Shown here one piece after another: positions 1 through 9,541 of a stretch of DNA of 64,000 nucleotides. The stretch lies in the sequence record NZ_CP072340.1, one strand, 5' to 3'. The stretch comes from a plasmid. Below the pieces are notes generated by a model. That model was not told the origin of the DNA. It searched no databases and saw nothing but the letters and a program-made list of their open reading frames with translations. The position numbers and the translations under genes were made by a program. Position 1 is the stretch's first letter, and each line of letters opens with the position of its first letter.

Positions 1-1
1 G

Positions 2-1906
2 CACGACCAGCCCATTAAGGCACTGAAAGGAAAGGTTTTCACCGACAATGTGGCAATGAACGTTAAGCTGAAGGACAACGCCCGCGACCGTCTTTCGGTA
101 ACGTTGCGTCCCTATCTTGCCGTGGGAAAGCCGTCGCACGTTGCCGGTTCTGCCAATATGCTGCAGATAGGAAAGCGTAAGCAGATTATGTACGATGCGA
201 TATACGACCGTCGGGGCAGAGATGTGGCTCAGTCGGGCTTTGCTTTTGTTTCCGATTATATGGCACCACAGCCTGCAAACCTCTCGTCGTGGTACTCTGT
301 TCCCACGCTCAAAGCTCCAATAGATGCTGACCGTTTGCGCTTCAATACGTCGCAAAGTTACAGCATAAACCGCCTGCTGAAAACGAAAAACAACAACGAG
401 ATGCGCATAACAGCCGACTATTTCCGCAACGTTCTCCGCCAGACCACAGCCAACAGCTCTACCTACTACTTTGCCGAAACACCTACAACTACTACCGAAA
501 AGCATCGCATGATACTGAAAGAAGACGTATTCAATTTCAGCATAGACAAGAAAATAAACACCGAAAAGCACTATGGTTCGATGCGTTTCAGTGTGAATGC
601 CGAGCAGGACGATGCCTTGTCGGGACTTGAAAGCACAGGGCACGCCAAACTTTCGCAGCGGGTTCGCACGCCCGAAGTGAATGTGAAAGGCTACATTACC
701 ACCACGCAAAATTGTAAGCGAGGCACACTTTCGCTGCAATCCATAGTGGATTATCACCACACACGCAACGATTTATACATCAATACCGACCGCGAGAACA
801 TTCAATCGAACCTTTGGCACAACAACAACGAGGTGAGTTGGCGAACCACGGAGAACGGTTTTACGCAGCATTACAACTTCGATGTAGACTTTCAACACCT
901 GAATGTGCGCAACGGGCACACACAGATAACTTTCCATTCGTCGCCTTCGCTCAACTATGAAAAGGGAAAATGGCACGCGACGGTACGGCAAGAGCTGAAC
1001 TTGAAGTATCTTACCCAGCAACGCAAATGGTACTTCTATATGTCGCCCTCGCTGTATGCAAACTATAAAAAGAGCAGTCGTACCGAAACAAACGCATTGT
1101 TTTACTACGGTCAATCGCTGCGCGGACTGTCCGATTTCGCCCTCGACAGCTACCGAACCAACTACCGCACATGGAAGACTTCGCCCACGTTTATGCCACG
1201 TACCCACTCGCTAAACTTCAATCTGACCCACAATTACAAACGCGTGGCAAGGGAATTCTTTTCCAATTTCTCGCTGAATGCCAACTGCACATGGAGCAAT
1301 TCGGTGGTGGATATGCAAATTCAGAACGGCAACTACCTTATGACGTATACCCAACACAACACCAAAAACACCAGCGTAACGGGGCGTTTCTGGGTTTCAA
1401 AAGGCTTCTACAAGCAACATTTCAAGACATCGTGCGGCATCTCGGCGGCTTACAGCGACGGCGAACAATACACTGCGGGCAAGGTGGTGGGCTACCAATA
1501 CCGTTCCTTAACGTTTTCGCCATCGCTCACTTATTCGCCTTCGTGGGCATTTGTAACCTACAGTGGCGATTTCGCCCTCAGCAAATCAACGTCCGACAAT
1601 GCGTCTATGTCGTCGCGTTTCAATTGGAAACAGAGCCTGACGCTTACCTCCACCATTCGGAAAGTAGACCTTTCGCTGTCTGGCATCTACTATCACAACC
1701 AGTTGGAGGGCGCAACGCTCAACACGTTCCTTGCCGATGCGAAAGTAACTTGGCGACAAAAGAACTTCCTTGTGCTTGCTACACTTGCCAACTTGTTCAA
1801 CAAACGCAACTACATAGAAACATCATACAGTGGCGTGGGCATCTTTACAAACAGCTACGAACTGCGTCCGCGCGAACTGATTCTTACCTTCGAGTTCAGG
1901 TTCTAA
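2..1906 (+). CDS. TonB-dependent-receptor-like outer-membrane beta-barrel protein, C-terminal portion (5' end lies outside the window)
   Basis: The frame is open from position 2 with no stop and continues into the listed ORF 50..1906. The protein ends in ...LILTFEFRF, the aromatic C-terminus typical of outer-membrane beta-barrels/TonB-dependent receptors. Amphipathic Y/T/S/N-rich strands run throughout. Confidence 0.55.
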   Translation, partial: HDQPIKALKGKVFTDNVAMNVKLKDNARDRLSVTLRPYLAVGKPSHVAGSANMLQIGKRKQIMYDAIYDRRGRDVAQSGFAFVSDYMAPQPANLSSWYSVPTLKAPIDADRLRFNTSQSYSINRLLKTKNNNEMRITADYFRNVLRQTTANSSTYYFAETPTTTTEKHRMILKEDVFNFSIDKKINTEKHYGSMRFSVNAEQDDALSGLESTGHAKLSQRVRTPEVNVKGYITTTQNCKRGTLSLQSIVDYHHTRNDLYINTDRENIQSNLWHNNNEVSWRTTENGFTQHYNFDVDFQHLNVRNGHTQITFHSSPSLNYEKGKWHATVRQELNLKYLTQQRKWYFYMSPSLYANYKKSSRTETNALFYYGQSLRGLSDFALDSYRTNYRTWKTSPTFMPRTHSLNFNLTHNYKRVAREFFSNFSLNANCTWSNSVVDMQIQNGNYLMTYTQHNTKNTSVTGRFWVSKGFYKQHFKTSCGISAAYSDGEQYTAGKVVGYQYRSLTFSPSLTYSPSWAFVTYSGDFALSKSTSDNASMSSRFNWKQSLTLTSTIRKVDLSLSGIYYHNQLEGATLNTFLADAKVTWRQKNFLVLATLANLFNKRNYIETSYSGVGIFTNSYELRPRELILTFEFRF

Positions 1907-2282
1907 AGCCGAAGAAGAGCTTCATAAAGATGTAAATATTTTCCGCAAGCGTATCTAACGCATGACAGCCTTATTATCAACACATTGTAAAACCTATTGT
2001 TTTATGTTCCAAAAGAGCCGCTTTTGATGTGTAACTAATCAACGAAAATGAAGAAAAGTAGAAGTTGGCGTAAACTAACTGATAATGAGTGAGAAATGGA
2101 ACGATTTGCATAGAGGTGCTCTTTTCAAAAAGGGTAGGAATATGCAGATTTAGGCAAAAGTTCAGTTACCAAAGCATTACCTGATTTTGGGATAGGTAAC
2201 GATGGAGTAATGTCCGGTAACCGAATTATTTTCGCTCGTGTGGCTGTTGCTGTGGTCGGCAGTTTTCTGCATAAGTGAGGAA

Positions 2283-2323
2283 CGCTTTAATTCGGGTAAC
2301 TTTGCCCATAAAAATTAAAGCGT
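2283..2323 (+). promoter_or_regulatory. Candidate promoter/operator of intC1: 11-bp inverted repeat acgctttaatt...aattaaagcgt bracketing a TAacTTTG -7 box
   Basis: Read directly from the sequence. The Bacteroidetes -7 consensus TAnnTTTG lies about 25 nt upstream of the ATG at 2324, and the inverted-repeat arms flank it. Confidence 0.4.
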
Positions 2324-3553
2324 ATGAAACAAGAGAAAATGAAGGTGTTGCTCTACCTCAAAAAGAGCGGTCTTGACAAGTCGGGCAAGGCTCCGATTAT
2401 GGGACGTATCACACTTGGAAGGAATGTTGCCCAGTTCAGTTGTAAACTCTCCTGCAATCCAGAGTTGTGGAATCCCCGTGAGAGTAGAGTGGACGGCAAG
2501 AGTCGTGAGGCAGTAGAGATAAACGGCAGGTTGGAGAGTTTGCTGTTGTCTGTTCAGTCGGCTTATCAAGCCTTACTTTCCAAAGGTTGCCCATTTGACG
2601 CAACCGATGTAAAGGAACTGTTTCAAGGCAGCGTACAGACACGATGTATGCTTATCGAACGATTGGACATCCTCATCAGGGAGAAGAAAGAACATATTGG
2701 AATTGACATTAAGAGAGAAACAATTTCCAATTACTATACTACCCGTAATAATCTTAGGACATTTATCGAAGACAAGTACAAGGTGGAAGATTTGTCTTTC
2801 TCGCAACTTACAGAAAATTTCATTTATGATTTCAGGGACTACTACTTGAACAAATTAGGGTTTCAGGAAAGTAGTTTCTATGCAGTTGCATCCCAAATAA
2901 AGACCGTATGCAGGTTGGCATACCGTGAAGGATTGGCTGACACCTTATTATTTGCTAATGTAAAGATAGCAAGAGGTGATAAGAAACTCCCAAAGGCACT
3001 TGACAGACGTTCACTTGACAAACTAATGAATACCCACTTCGGAGAGTTGGAGGAAGAAATGGAAACAGCAAGGGATTTGTTTGTTTTTGCCTGTCATACA
3101 GGTGCAGCCTATTGTGATTTAATGGGATTAAGTAAGACACATCTTGTCCGTGATGATGAGGAAAATCTTTGGATGAAGTTCAATAGGCAGAAGACAGGTG
3201 TACTTTGCCGTATTAAGTTGTTGCCCGAAGCGATTAGGATAATAGAGAAGTATCGAAGCGAAGAAAGGGAAACGCTGCTGCCACAGATGAAGTATGCCAC
3301 CTATCAATCGTATCTTAAAGCATTGCGCCTTAGAGTGGGCATTGCCTTTCCCTTTACCACGCATACGGCAAGGCACACCTTTGCTACGCTCATCACGCTT
3401 GAGCAAGGAGTTCCGATTGAAACTGTGAGCAAGATGCTCGGACATAGCAACGTAAGTATGACCGAGCGTTATGCAAAGGTTACACCCCAAAAACTCTTTG
3501 AGGAGTTTAATCGTTTTCTTTCTTTCACGGAGGATATGCAGATGAGTATTTAG
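2324..3553 (+). CDS. Tyrosine recombinase / integrase (first of a tandem pair)
   Basis: C-terminal catalytic region ...TARHTFATLITLEQGVPIETVSKMLGHSNVSMTERYAKV carries the R..H..R..Y motifs of the phage-integrase family. The N-terminus, MKQEKMKVLLYLKKSG...PIMGRITLG, is the arm-binding type seen in Bacteroidales integrases. Confidence 0.9.
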   Translation: MKQEKMKVLLYLKKSGLDKSGKAPIMGRITLGRNVAQFSCKLSCNPELWNPRESRVDGKSREAVEINGRLESLLLSVQSAYQALLSKGCPFDATDVKELFQGSVQTRCMLIERLDILIREKKEHIGIDIKRETISNYYTTRNNLRTFIEDKYKVEDLSFSQLTENFIYDFRDYYLNKLGFQESSFYAVASQIKTVCRLAYREGLADTLLFANVKIARGDKKLPKALDRRSLDKLMNTHFGELEEEMETARDLFVFACHTGAAYCDLMGLSKTHLVRDDEENLWMKFNRQKTGVLCRIKLLPEAIRIIEKYRSEERETLLPQMKYATYQSYLKALRLRVGIAFPFTTHTARHTFATLITLEQGVPIETVSKMLGHSNVSMTERYAKVTPQKLFEEFNRFLSFTEDMQMSI

Positions 3554-3581
3554 CAATAGACATATTAAAACTAAAATCATT

Positions 3582-4859
3582 ATGAGAAGTACATTCAAGA
3601 TACTGTTCTATATCAACAGACAGAAAACTAAGGCAGACGGCAATACCGCCATTCTCTGCCGTATCACCATAGACGGAAAGAACACAGCCATTACCACAGG
3701 CGAAGAGTGCCAGCCTGCCGAGTGGAACTCCAAACAGGGTTTGACAACCAATAGGAAGACCAACCAAAGAATCAATGAGTTCAGGGAATTGGTAGAAAAA
3801 ACCTATCGGGACATACTGACGAGGGACGGAGTGGTAAGTGTGGAACTTATCAAGAACAGTTTGCAAGGCATTGCCACTAACCCCACCACGCTCCTTGCAA
3901 TGAGCAAAGCGGAACTGCAAGCCGTCAAGGAAAGCGTTGGAAAGTCAAGGGCAGAGGGGACTTATCTGAACCTTTACTATTCTGATAAAAATCTCCGAGA
4001 TTTTATCGAAAACAAAGGAGTACAAGACATATCTATCGTCACCATTACGGAGAGTTTGTTCGAGGAATACCGTTTCTTCCTAAAAAAGCGTGGGCTGAAA
4101 GCATCGACTGTCAATACCAATCTCAGTTGGCTGAGCCGACTGATGTTTCGTGCGGTGAGCAGCAGGATTATCCGCTGCAATTCCTTTGAGAACGCCAAGT
4201 ATGAGAAGGAGGAAAAGAAGATACGCTTCTTGCAAAAGGGCGATGTAATGAAACTTATGGCAATGACGATGAACGACAGAGAATCGGAATTGGCACGGCT
4301 GATGTTCGTCTTCTCCTGCTTCACAGGTATGGCTATCGCTGATATGGAAAATTTGGAATACAGGCATATCCAAACGGCAGCGGATGGGCGGAAGTATATC
4401 CGCAAGGAGCGTCAGAAGACAAAGGTTGAGTTTGTCGTACCATTGCACCCGATAGCAGAGGCTATTATCCGCCATTGTCTGGAAGAGCAGAAAGGGAATG
4501 AAGAACAGCAGACGGTGAAAGAAAAAGGTAAAAAACATATCTTTCCCCGTGAGTGCAGCCGGAGCGTGATAGACGGCAGACTGAGTATTGTTGGCAAGGC
4601 TTGCGGTATCAGACAGAGATTGTCGTACCATGTTGCAAGGCATACCTTCGGTACGATGAGCCTAAGTGCAGGAATACCTATTGAGAGTATAGCCAAGATG
4701 ATGGGGCACGCTTCCATATCAAGCACGCAGATTTATGCGCAGGTAACGGACAACAAGATTTCGGAGGATATGGACAGGCTTATTGCCAAACAATCGGCAA
4801 AGGATAAAGAAACTATGGAGAGAGAGGTTTGTGAACCAAACTCTGCTAACTCGTTGTAA
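3582..4859 (+). CDS. Tyrosine recombinase / integrase (second of the tandem pair)
   Basis: ...HVARHTFGTMSLSAGIPIESIAKMMGHASISSTQIYAQV catalytic motif. The N-terminus MRSTFKILFYINRQK...RITIDG is homologous to intA2 and intB2. Confidence 0.9.
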   Translation: MRSTFKILFYINRQKTKADGNTAILCRITIDGKNTAITTGEECQPAEWNSKQGLTTNRKTNQRINEFRELVEKTYRDILTRDGVVSVELIKNSLQGIATNPTTLLAMSKAELQAVKESVGKSRAEGTYLNLYYSDKNLRDFIENKGVQDISIVTITESLFEEYRFFLKKRGLKASTVNTNLSWLSRLMFRAVSSRIIRCNSFENAKYEKEEKKIRFLQKGDVMKLMAMTMNDRESELARLMFVFSCFTGMAIADMENLEYRHIQTAADGRKYIRKERQKTKVEFVVPLHPIAEAIIRHCLEEQKGNEEQQTVKEKGKKHIFPRECSRSVIDGRLSIVGKACGIRQRLSYHVARHTFGTMSLSAGIPIESIAKMMGHASISSTQIYAQVTDNKISEDMDRLIAKQSAKDKETMEREVCEPNSANSL

Positions 4860-5055
4860 TTAAATGTCCTATCAATTTTGACAAATCAGTAGTGTAGCAT
4901 TTTTGTAGCAGTATTTTGACCGCCTAATGACTACCATTCTGACTACCTTATGAAAGCACAACTGCTCTCTTTTCTTGAGTACAAAGGTATATAAAATTGT
5001 ACTAACCTCCAAATCTTTGTGCCATAAATATTTAGAAATTTTACTGCTACACTTT

Positions 5056-5107
5056 CCAGTGCAAGGTGCAAGCCCCTATATATAAGGGGACTTGCACCTT
5101 GCACTGG
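5056..5107 (+). terminator. Near-perfect 21-bp-stem hairpin (ccagtgcaaggtgcaagcccc / tatatataa / ggggacttgcaccttgcactgg) downstream of intC2
   Basis: Read directly from the sequence. One bulged base; the following tract is moderately T-rich (gattttctcaaaattatttgattttg). It could be a terminator or a protein-binding palindrome. Confidence 0.4.
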
Positions 5108-5323
5108 AGGGATTTTCTCAAAATTATTTGATTTTGTTCTGGAATGATTGTTCTTACAATGTATTTCCGTTTATGAATTATAGAAAACAAACCAATTAAA
5201 TCATCCCATGCCGACATCGCTCATCATATTCATCTGCACCTAATGCAAGCCACCTTGCATGGGGTGTAAACATTTGAATGTAGCGGGTTGCTCAAATTTA
5301 GGTGTCTTTGTAACTTTATACAT

Positions 5324-5659
5324 ATGAAACAGTTGCACAAAACCCTAAAGGAAAAGCGAGAGCTTGAAGGTTACTCACAAGAGTATGTCGCTGGAAAACT
5401 GAATGTTAGCTCAAGTACCATTTCACGATGGGAAACTGGAGCTGTGTCGATGACCACCTCACAAACTTACAGTTATGCCAAGGTATTGGGATGGGATGAA
5501 CTCGACCTGCTTGCATCTATTGCACAAAGACAACAGGCAAGACCGCTTCCACTCGCTCAGATGAGTATCGAAGTGTTTGACAAGGAATCCTACGACAGAA
5601 TTATAGATCTTGTAAAGGAGCTTGGGCCGCAACACATTATTTTACAAACCAAATTATAA
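5324..5659 (+). CDS. XRE-family helix-turn-helix transcriptional regulator
   Basis: LKEKRELEGYSQEYVAGKLNVSSSTISRWETG is a canonical XRE/Cro-C1 HTH. The start was moved to the ATG at 5324 (MKQLHK...) from the TTG at 5288 in the ORF track. Confidence 0.7.
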   Translation: MKQLHKTLKEKRELEGYSQEYVAGKLNVSSSTISRWETGAVSMTTSQTYSYAKVLGWDELDLLASIAQRQQARPLPLAQMSIEVFDKESYDRIIDLVKELGPQHIILQTKL

Positions 5660-5665
5660 AGGCTG

Positions 5666-6046
5666 ATGGAAATAATCGCAGTAGAAAGCCAAGCCTATCA
5701 GGAACTGATAGACAGGCTCAACCGAATAGAGCGGTATGTTGAGCGCACTTCTCATCTTATCCAAGATATAGATGACGAGCTGGAGATGACAACCAAAGAT
5801 CTTATCGGGACTCTGAATGTTTCAGAGTCCACCCTTTATCGCTGGCGCAAGAAACAGTTGGTACGGTATCGCTACACGGAGGGTGGCGATGTACGCTACT
5901 TCTTCAAGTCTATCGTGATAGCCACGAAATGTAACCGACTCCGTGTCTCAGGCATGAGAAACGACGAGGTTCTTGGTCGGCTCAACCGTTTTAAGGACAA
6001 TCTCATCATAAGTTCATGTCTTAATCCTAAAAACCGACAACTATGA
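5666..6046 (+). CDS. HTH_17 / excisionase-family DNA-binding protein (Xis-like)
   Basis: TKDLIGTLNVSESTLYRWRKKQL matches the MerR-like HTH_17 motif found in Bacteroidales Xis-like small proteins. Its stop overlaps the start of the primase gene. Confidence 0.55.
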   Translation: MEIIAVESQAYQELIDRLNRIERYVERTSHLIQDIDDELEMTTKDLIGTLNVSESTLYRWRKKQLVRYRYTEGGDVRYFFKSIVIATKCNRLRVSGMRNDEVLGRLNRFKDNLIISSCLNPKNRQL

Positions 6047-8103
6047 TAGAAAAGGAACAGATTCTTTTGCTTACACAGGGAGGTCTGAATGTGTTTTCCC
6101 ATTTCCTCGGCTTTGAGGTAAACCTTCATCGCAACTTCCGAAGCCCCTTCTATGACGACAGACGGGCTTCCTGCCATATCTACTACGACAGGAAAACTTC
6201 TTCTTACAAATTCTATGATCATGGCGATACCACCTATTCAGGGGATTGCTTCTGGTTTGTGGCAACCCTCCGTAACTTGAACCTGAAAACAAGTTTTCCC
6301 GAAGTCTTGGAAACTATTGTACAAGAACTTGGATTGTATTCTTTATGTGATGGTGAAAAGCATAGCAACCATATCACGTTATCATATAAAAGAACTATCG
6401 TTCCCACTCCTAAGGCTGATATAACCAAGTGTACGGAAGAACGTCCATACAGTTTTGAGATACAGCCTTTTGACGATGGACTGATGAACTATTGGGCGCA
6501 TTATGGTATCCATGAAGATACACTTCGGCTTTTTCGTGTACGGAGTCTTAAACGGTATGATAGCGTATCAGCCGAAGGTAAGAAGTTTGAGCTTCACAGT
6601 TCGCCGACAGAACCGATATTCGCCTATATTGGAAATGGCTATGTCAAGATATATCGCCCTCACAGTCCGAAAATCCGCTTTCTCTATGGCGGGCGGATGC
6701 CTATGACCTATTGTTTCGGCATGGAGCAGATTCCCACCAAAGGAGATATGCTCTTCATTACAGGTGGGGAAAAAGATGTGCTCTCGTTGTATGCGCACGG
6801 GTTCAATGCAATCTGCTTCAACAGTGAAACGGCACAAATACCGGAAAGCATCATAGAGAGCCTTCAACTTCGCTTTCGGCATATCATTCTCTTGTATGAT
6901 GCAGATGAGACGGGTGTACGGGAAGCGCATAGACAAGCTGAACATTTGGCAGAATACAAGGTATTGAATCTTACACTCCCACTTAGTGGAACCAAGGCGG
7001 AAAAGGACATTTCTGATTTCTTTGCCTTAGGCAACGGGGCGAAGGAACTGAAAGAACTGCTTGCCAAGATGTTTACAGACCTATATAGCCAAACCATGAT
7101 GATGCTTCGCTCCTGTGAGATTGACTACGACAATCCACCGGATATTTCCAAGACTGTGGTGGCTGTGAATGGTGTCCCTTTGGGAACGCAGGACAATCTG
7201 TTCTGCATTACCGGAGGTGAGGGTACGGGCAAGAGCAACTATGTAGGAGCCATCCTTGCCGGAGCTTTGGGGAATAAACGGCTGCCGATAGAGAAAACCT
7301 TGGGATTGGAGATTACCGCCAATCCCAAAGACTTGGCAGTCCTACATTATGACACAGAACAGTCCGAGGCTCAACTGCACAAGAATCTGGGCAAGACATT
7401 GCGCCGGGCTTCATTGACGGCAGTACCGAAGTTTTACCATTCACTCTACCTTGCCTCACTCTCTCGTAAGGACCGCTTGAAACTTATCCGTGAAAGTATG
7501 GACTTGTTCCATCACAAGCATGGTGGAATACACCTCGTTGTCATTGATGGTATTGCTGATCTGATACGTTCTGCGAACGATGAAACGGAAAGTATAGCCA
7601 TTGTTGACGAACTTTACCGCTTGGCAGGGATATACAATACTTGTATTATCTGCGTATTGCACTTCGTGCCGAACGGCATCAAACTTCGGGGACATATCGG
7701 CTCGGAACTTCAACGTAAGGCGGCGGGTATCCTTTCCATAGAGAAAGACGACAATCCCGAATACTCGGTCGTAAAGGCGTTGAAAGTGCGTGACGGAAGT
7801 CCGTTGGACGTACCGATGATGCTTTTCGGCTGGGACAAGGAAGAAGACATGCACGTCTATCGTGGTGAGAAGTCCAAGGAGGACAAGGAAAAACGCAAAA
7901 CCGATGAGCTTATTGGCGTTGTCAAAGAAGCCTTCCGAAATTCTTTCAAGCTCACTTACCAAGAACTTTGTGAGGTTCTGATGCGAGAGATGGAAATCAA
8001 GGACAGGACCGCAAAGAAATATATTGCCTATATGAAAGAGCAGCGTATTTTGATACAAGATACAAGTGGGAATTATCAAAAAGGAGAATTATGCCATACT
8101 TAG
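6043..8103 (+). CDS. Primase-helicase fusion (N-terminal zinc-binding/Toprim primase region plus C-terminal P-loop NTPase)
   Basis: The N-terminus has a C...H...C/H cluster ([17 protein letters not shown]...KFYDHGD) and a Toprim-like acidic patch ([10 protein letters not shown]). The C-terminal half has Walker [17 protein letters not shown] and Walker [12 protein letters not shown]. This resembles the primases of Bacteroides mobilizable elements. Confidence 0.7.
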   Translation: MIEKEQILLLTQGGLNVFSHFLGFEVNLHRNFRSPFYDDRRASCHIYYDRKTSSYKFYDHGDTTYSGDCFWFVATLRNLNLKTSFPEVLETIVQELGLYSLCDGEKHSNHITLSYKRTIVPTPKADITKCTEERPYSFEIQPFDDGLMNYWAHYGIHEDTLRLFRVRSLKRYDSVSAEGKKFELHSSPTEPIFAYIGNGYVKIYRPHSPKIRFLYGGRMPMTYCFGMEQIPTKGDMLFITGGEKDVLSLYAHGFNAICFNSETAQIPESIIESLQLRFRHIILLYDADETGVREAHRQAEHLAEYKVLNLTLPLSGTKAEKDISDFFALGNGAKELKELLAKMFTDLYSQTMMMLRSCEIDYDNPPDISKTVVAVNGVPLGTQDNLFCITGGEGTGKSNYVGAILAGALGNKRLPIEKTLGLEITANPKDLAVLHYDTEQSEAQLHKNLGKTLRRASLTAVPKFYHSLYLASLSRKDRLKLIRESMDLFHHKHGGIHLVVIDGIADLIRSANDETESIAIVDELYRLAGIYNTCIICVLHFVPNGIKLRGHIGSELQRKAAGILSIEKDDNPEYSVVKALKVRDGSPLDVPMMLFGWDKEEDMHVYRGEKSKEDKEKRKTDELIGVVKEAFRNSFKLTYQELCEVLMREMEIKDRTAKKYIAYMKEQRILIQDTSGNYQKGELCHT

Positions 8104-8399
8104 ATCAACAGCCAGAAGATACATGGCAGAAACGCCTGTTTGATAAACTGAAGAATATGGAAGACAAGCTCGACCGTCTGCTTGTCCTACGGGAACAAGA
8201 AGTAGATACGACCATTCACCCTCCATTGAAACCCGAATACTTGGATATCATAGATGTCTCCAAAATTTTGAAGGTGGAACAAAAGACCATTTACAACTGG
8301 GTTTGGGCTGGAAAAATTCCTTATCTTAAAGCCAATGGCAGATTACTTTTCCTTCGGAAAGAGATAGATGAAATGCTACGGAAACAAGGGAACTGGTAG
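8091..8399 (+). CDS. HTH_17 / excisionase-family DNA-binding protein
   Basis: [40 protein letters not shown] is the excisionase-type HTH_17 signature. The gene overlaps the primase stop by 13 nt. Confidence 0.6.
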   Translation: MPYLDQQPEDTWQKRLFDKLKNMEDKLDRLLVLREQEVDTTIHPPLKPEYLDIIDVSKILKVEQKTIYNWVWAGKIPYLKANGRLLFLRKEIDEMLRKQGNW

Positions 8400-8404
8400 G
8401 CACC

Positions 8405-8459
8405 CGTTCATTATTTAATGCTTGTTCAATTTTGTTGAACAAGCATTAAATAATGAACG
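8405..8459. promoter_or_regulatory. 55-bp perfect palindrome (25-bp arms, 5-nt spacer): cgttcattatttaatgcttgttcaa ttttg ttgaacaagcattaaataatgaacg
   Basis: Read directly from the sequence. There is no clean U-tract on either side for a simple terminator. The arms contain the half-site TTGTTCAA/TTGAACAA that recurs downstream. Confidence 0.85.
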
Positions 8460-8480
8460 AAAAAATTTGCAGTTTGATTT

Positions 8481-8537
8481 TTGTTCACTATCTTTGCAGT
8501 GTTCAATCCTATTGAACGACTATAAATATTGAACAAG
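8481..8537 (+). promoter_or_regulatory. Candidate promoter/operator of the cargo cassette: TAtcTTTG -7 box (8489-8496) plus three more TTGTTCA/TTGAACAA half-sites (8481, 8501-8517 palindrome gttcaatcctattgaac, 8529)
   Basis: Read directly from the sequence. The last half-site ends 3 nt before the ATG at 8540. Confidence 0.45.
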
Positions 8538-8539
8538 AT

Positions 8540-9541
8540 ATGTACGGAATACAGATTATAGATCAGGCGGTTAGTGCGATAAGGAGACAGTGGGAGGATT
8601 CTCAAGATGTCATAATCGATGCGCTTCAGCCGGAAACGCCTTCGATGGAACAATACGTCAGAATTATGGGCATAGAGTTCCGATGCCTTGTTGAAAATGA
8701 GATAAATGGAACAAATATCCTGCGCATTGAAGAAAAATCAAAGAGCTGTATGGGGACCTACAAGGGACCTGTCATATTGGTTGCAAGATATGTACAGCCA
8801 TCTGTCTATGGAACTTTGCGTAAAATGGAACTTAACTTTGCTGACACGGCAGGTAACTACAATATACAGTACACGAAGGGCAGGAAAGTGATATTCCACC
8901 TTTCTCACACAGGGGAGAAAGTCCCTGTGAATAACAACAAAAACTATCCTATATTCCAAGAAGCAGGCCTGAAGGTAATCTTTTATCTCTTGCAAGCTCC
9001 TGAGAATGTGGGCAAATCTTTTCGGGAAATCAAGGAGTATAGTGGAGTTTCGATAGGTACTGTCAAAAATGTGATTGATGAATTGGAAGTCCGTAAGTTT
9101 ATTCTCGTAACTCAGAAGAAAAGAGTTCTGAAAAAACGTCGTCTTTTGCTTGATTTATGGTCGGAAAACTATCGTCAGATATTAAAGCCCAAGTTGCTGT
9201 TGAAGCAGCTGGATTTTCGCACACCGGAACAAAAAGAAAAATGGGAAGAAATAGCATTGCCAAATGGTATGTTATGGGGTGGAGAGTGTGCATCTAATTT
9301 ATTGAATGGTTACCTTACTCCGGAACTTTTTGAACTCTATACAGAGACACCTTTCTCCAATCTGATGAAGACCGGCGCAACACGGACTACCGAAGGAGTT
9401 ATTTATATATATCAGAAGTTTTGGAAAGGCGATGTAATGCCCTGCATTTTGATATATGCCGATTTAGTAAGTAGCGGAGACAGCCGTTGTATTGAAGCTG
9501 CAAATAAATTATTAAAAGATGAACTTTCAGATTTCGAGTAA
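8540..9541 (+). CDS. Winged-helix DNA-binding protein, possible AbiEi/MenA-like antitoxin-regulator (family assignment uncertain)
   Basis: 333 aa with an internal wHTH-like segment (SFREIKEYSGVSIGTVKNVIDELEVRKFILV). It sits directly upstream of, and overlaps by 23 nt, a pol-beta nucleotidyltransferase gene. The upstream palindromic operator is consistent with autoregulation. I recognised no catalytic motifs. Confidence 0.4.
   Translation: MYGIQIIDQAVSAIRRQWEDSQDVIIDALQPETPSMEQYVRIMGIEFRCLVENEINGTNILRIEEKSKSCMGTYKGPVILVARYVQPSVYGTLRKMELNFADTAGNYNIQYTKGRKVIFHLSHTGEKVPVNNNKNYPIFQEAGLKVIFYLLQAPENVGKSFREIKEYSGVSIGTVKNVIDELEVRKFILVTQKKRVLKKRRLLLDLWSENYRQILKPKLLLKQLDFRTPEQKEKWEEIALPNGMLWGGECASNLLNGYLTPELFELYTETPFSNLMKTGATRTTEGVIYIYQKFWKGDVMPCILIYADLVSSGDSRCIEAANKLLKDELSDFE

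Noticed and set aside
773-1935. Overlapping ORFs 773..1207 (-) and 1171..1935 (+) inside the outer-membrane protein gene
   Set aside because: They lie within the long beta-barrel ORF 2..1906, which has a coherent C-terminal signature. The alternatives have no features.
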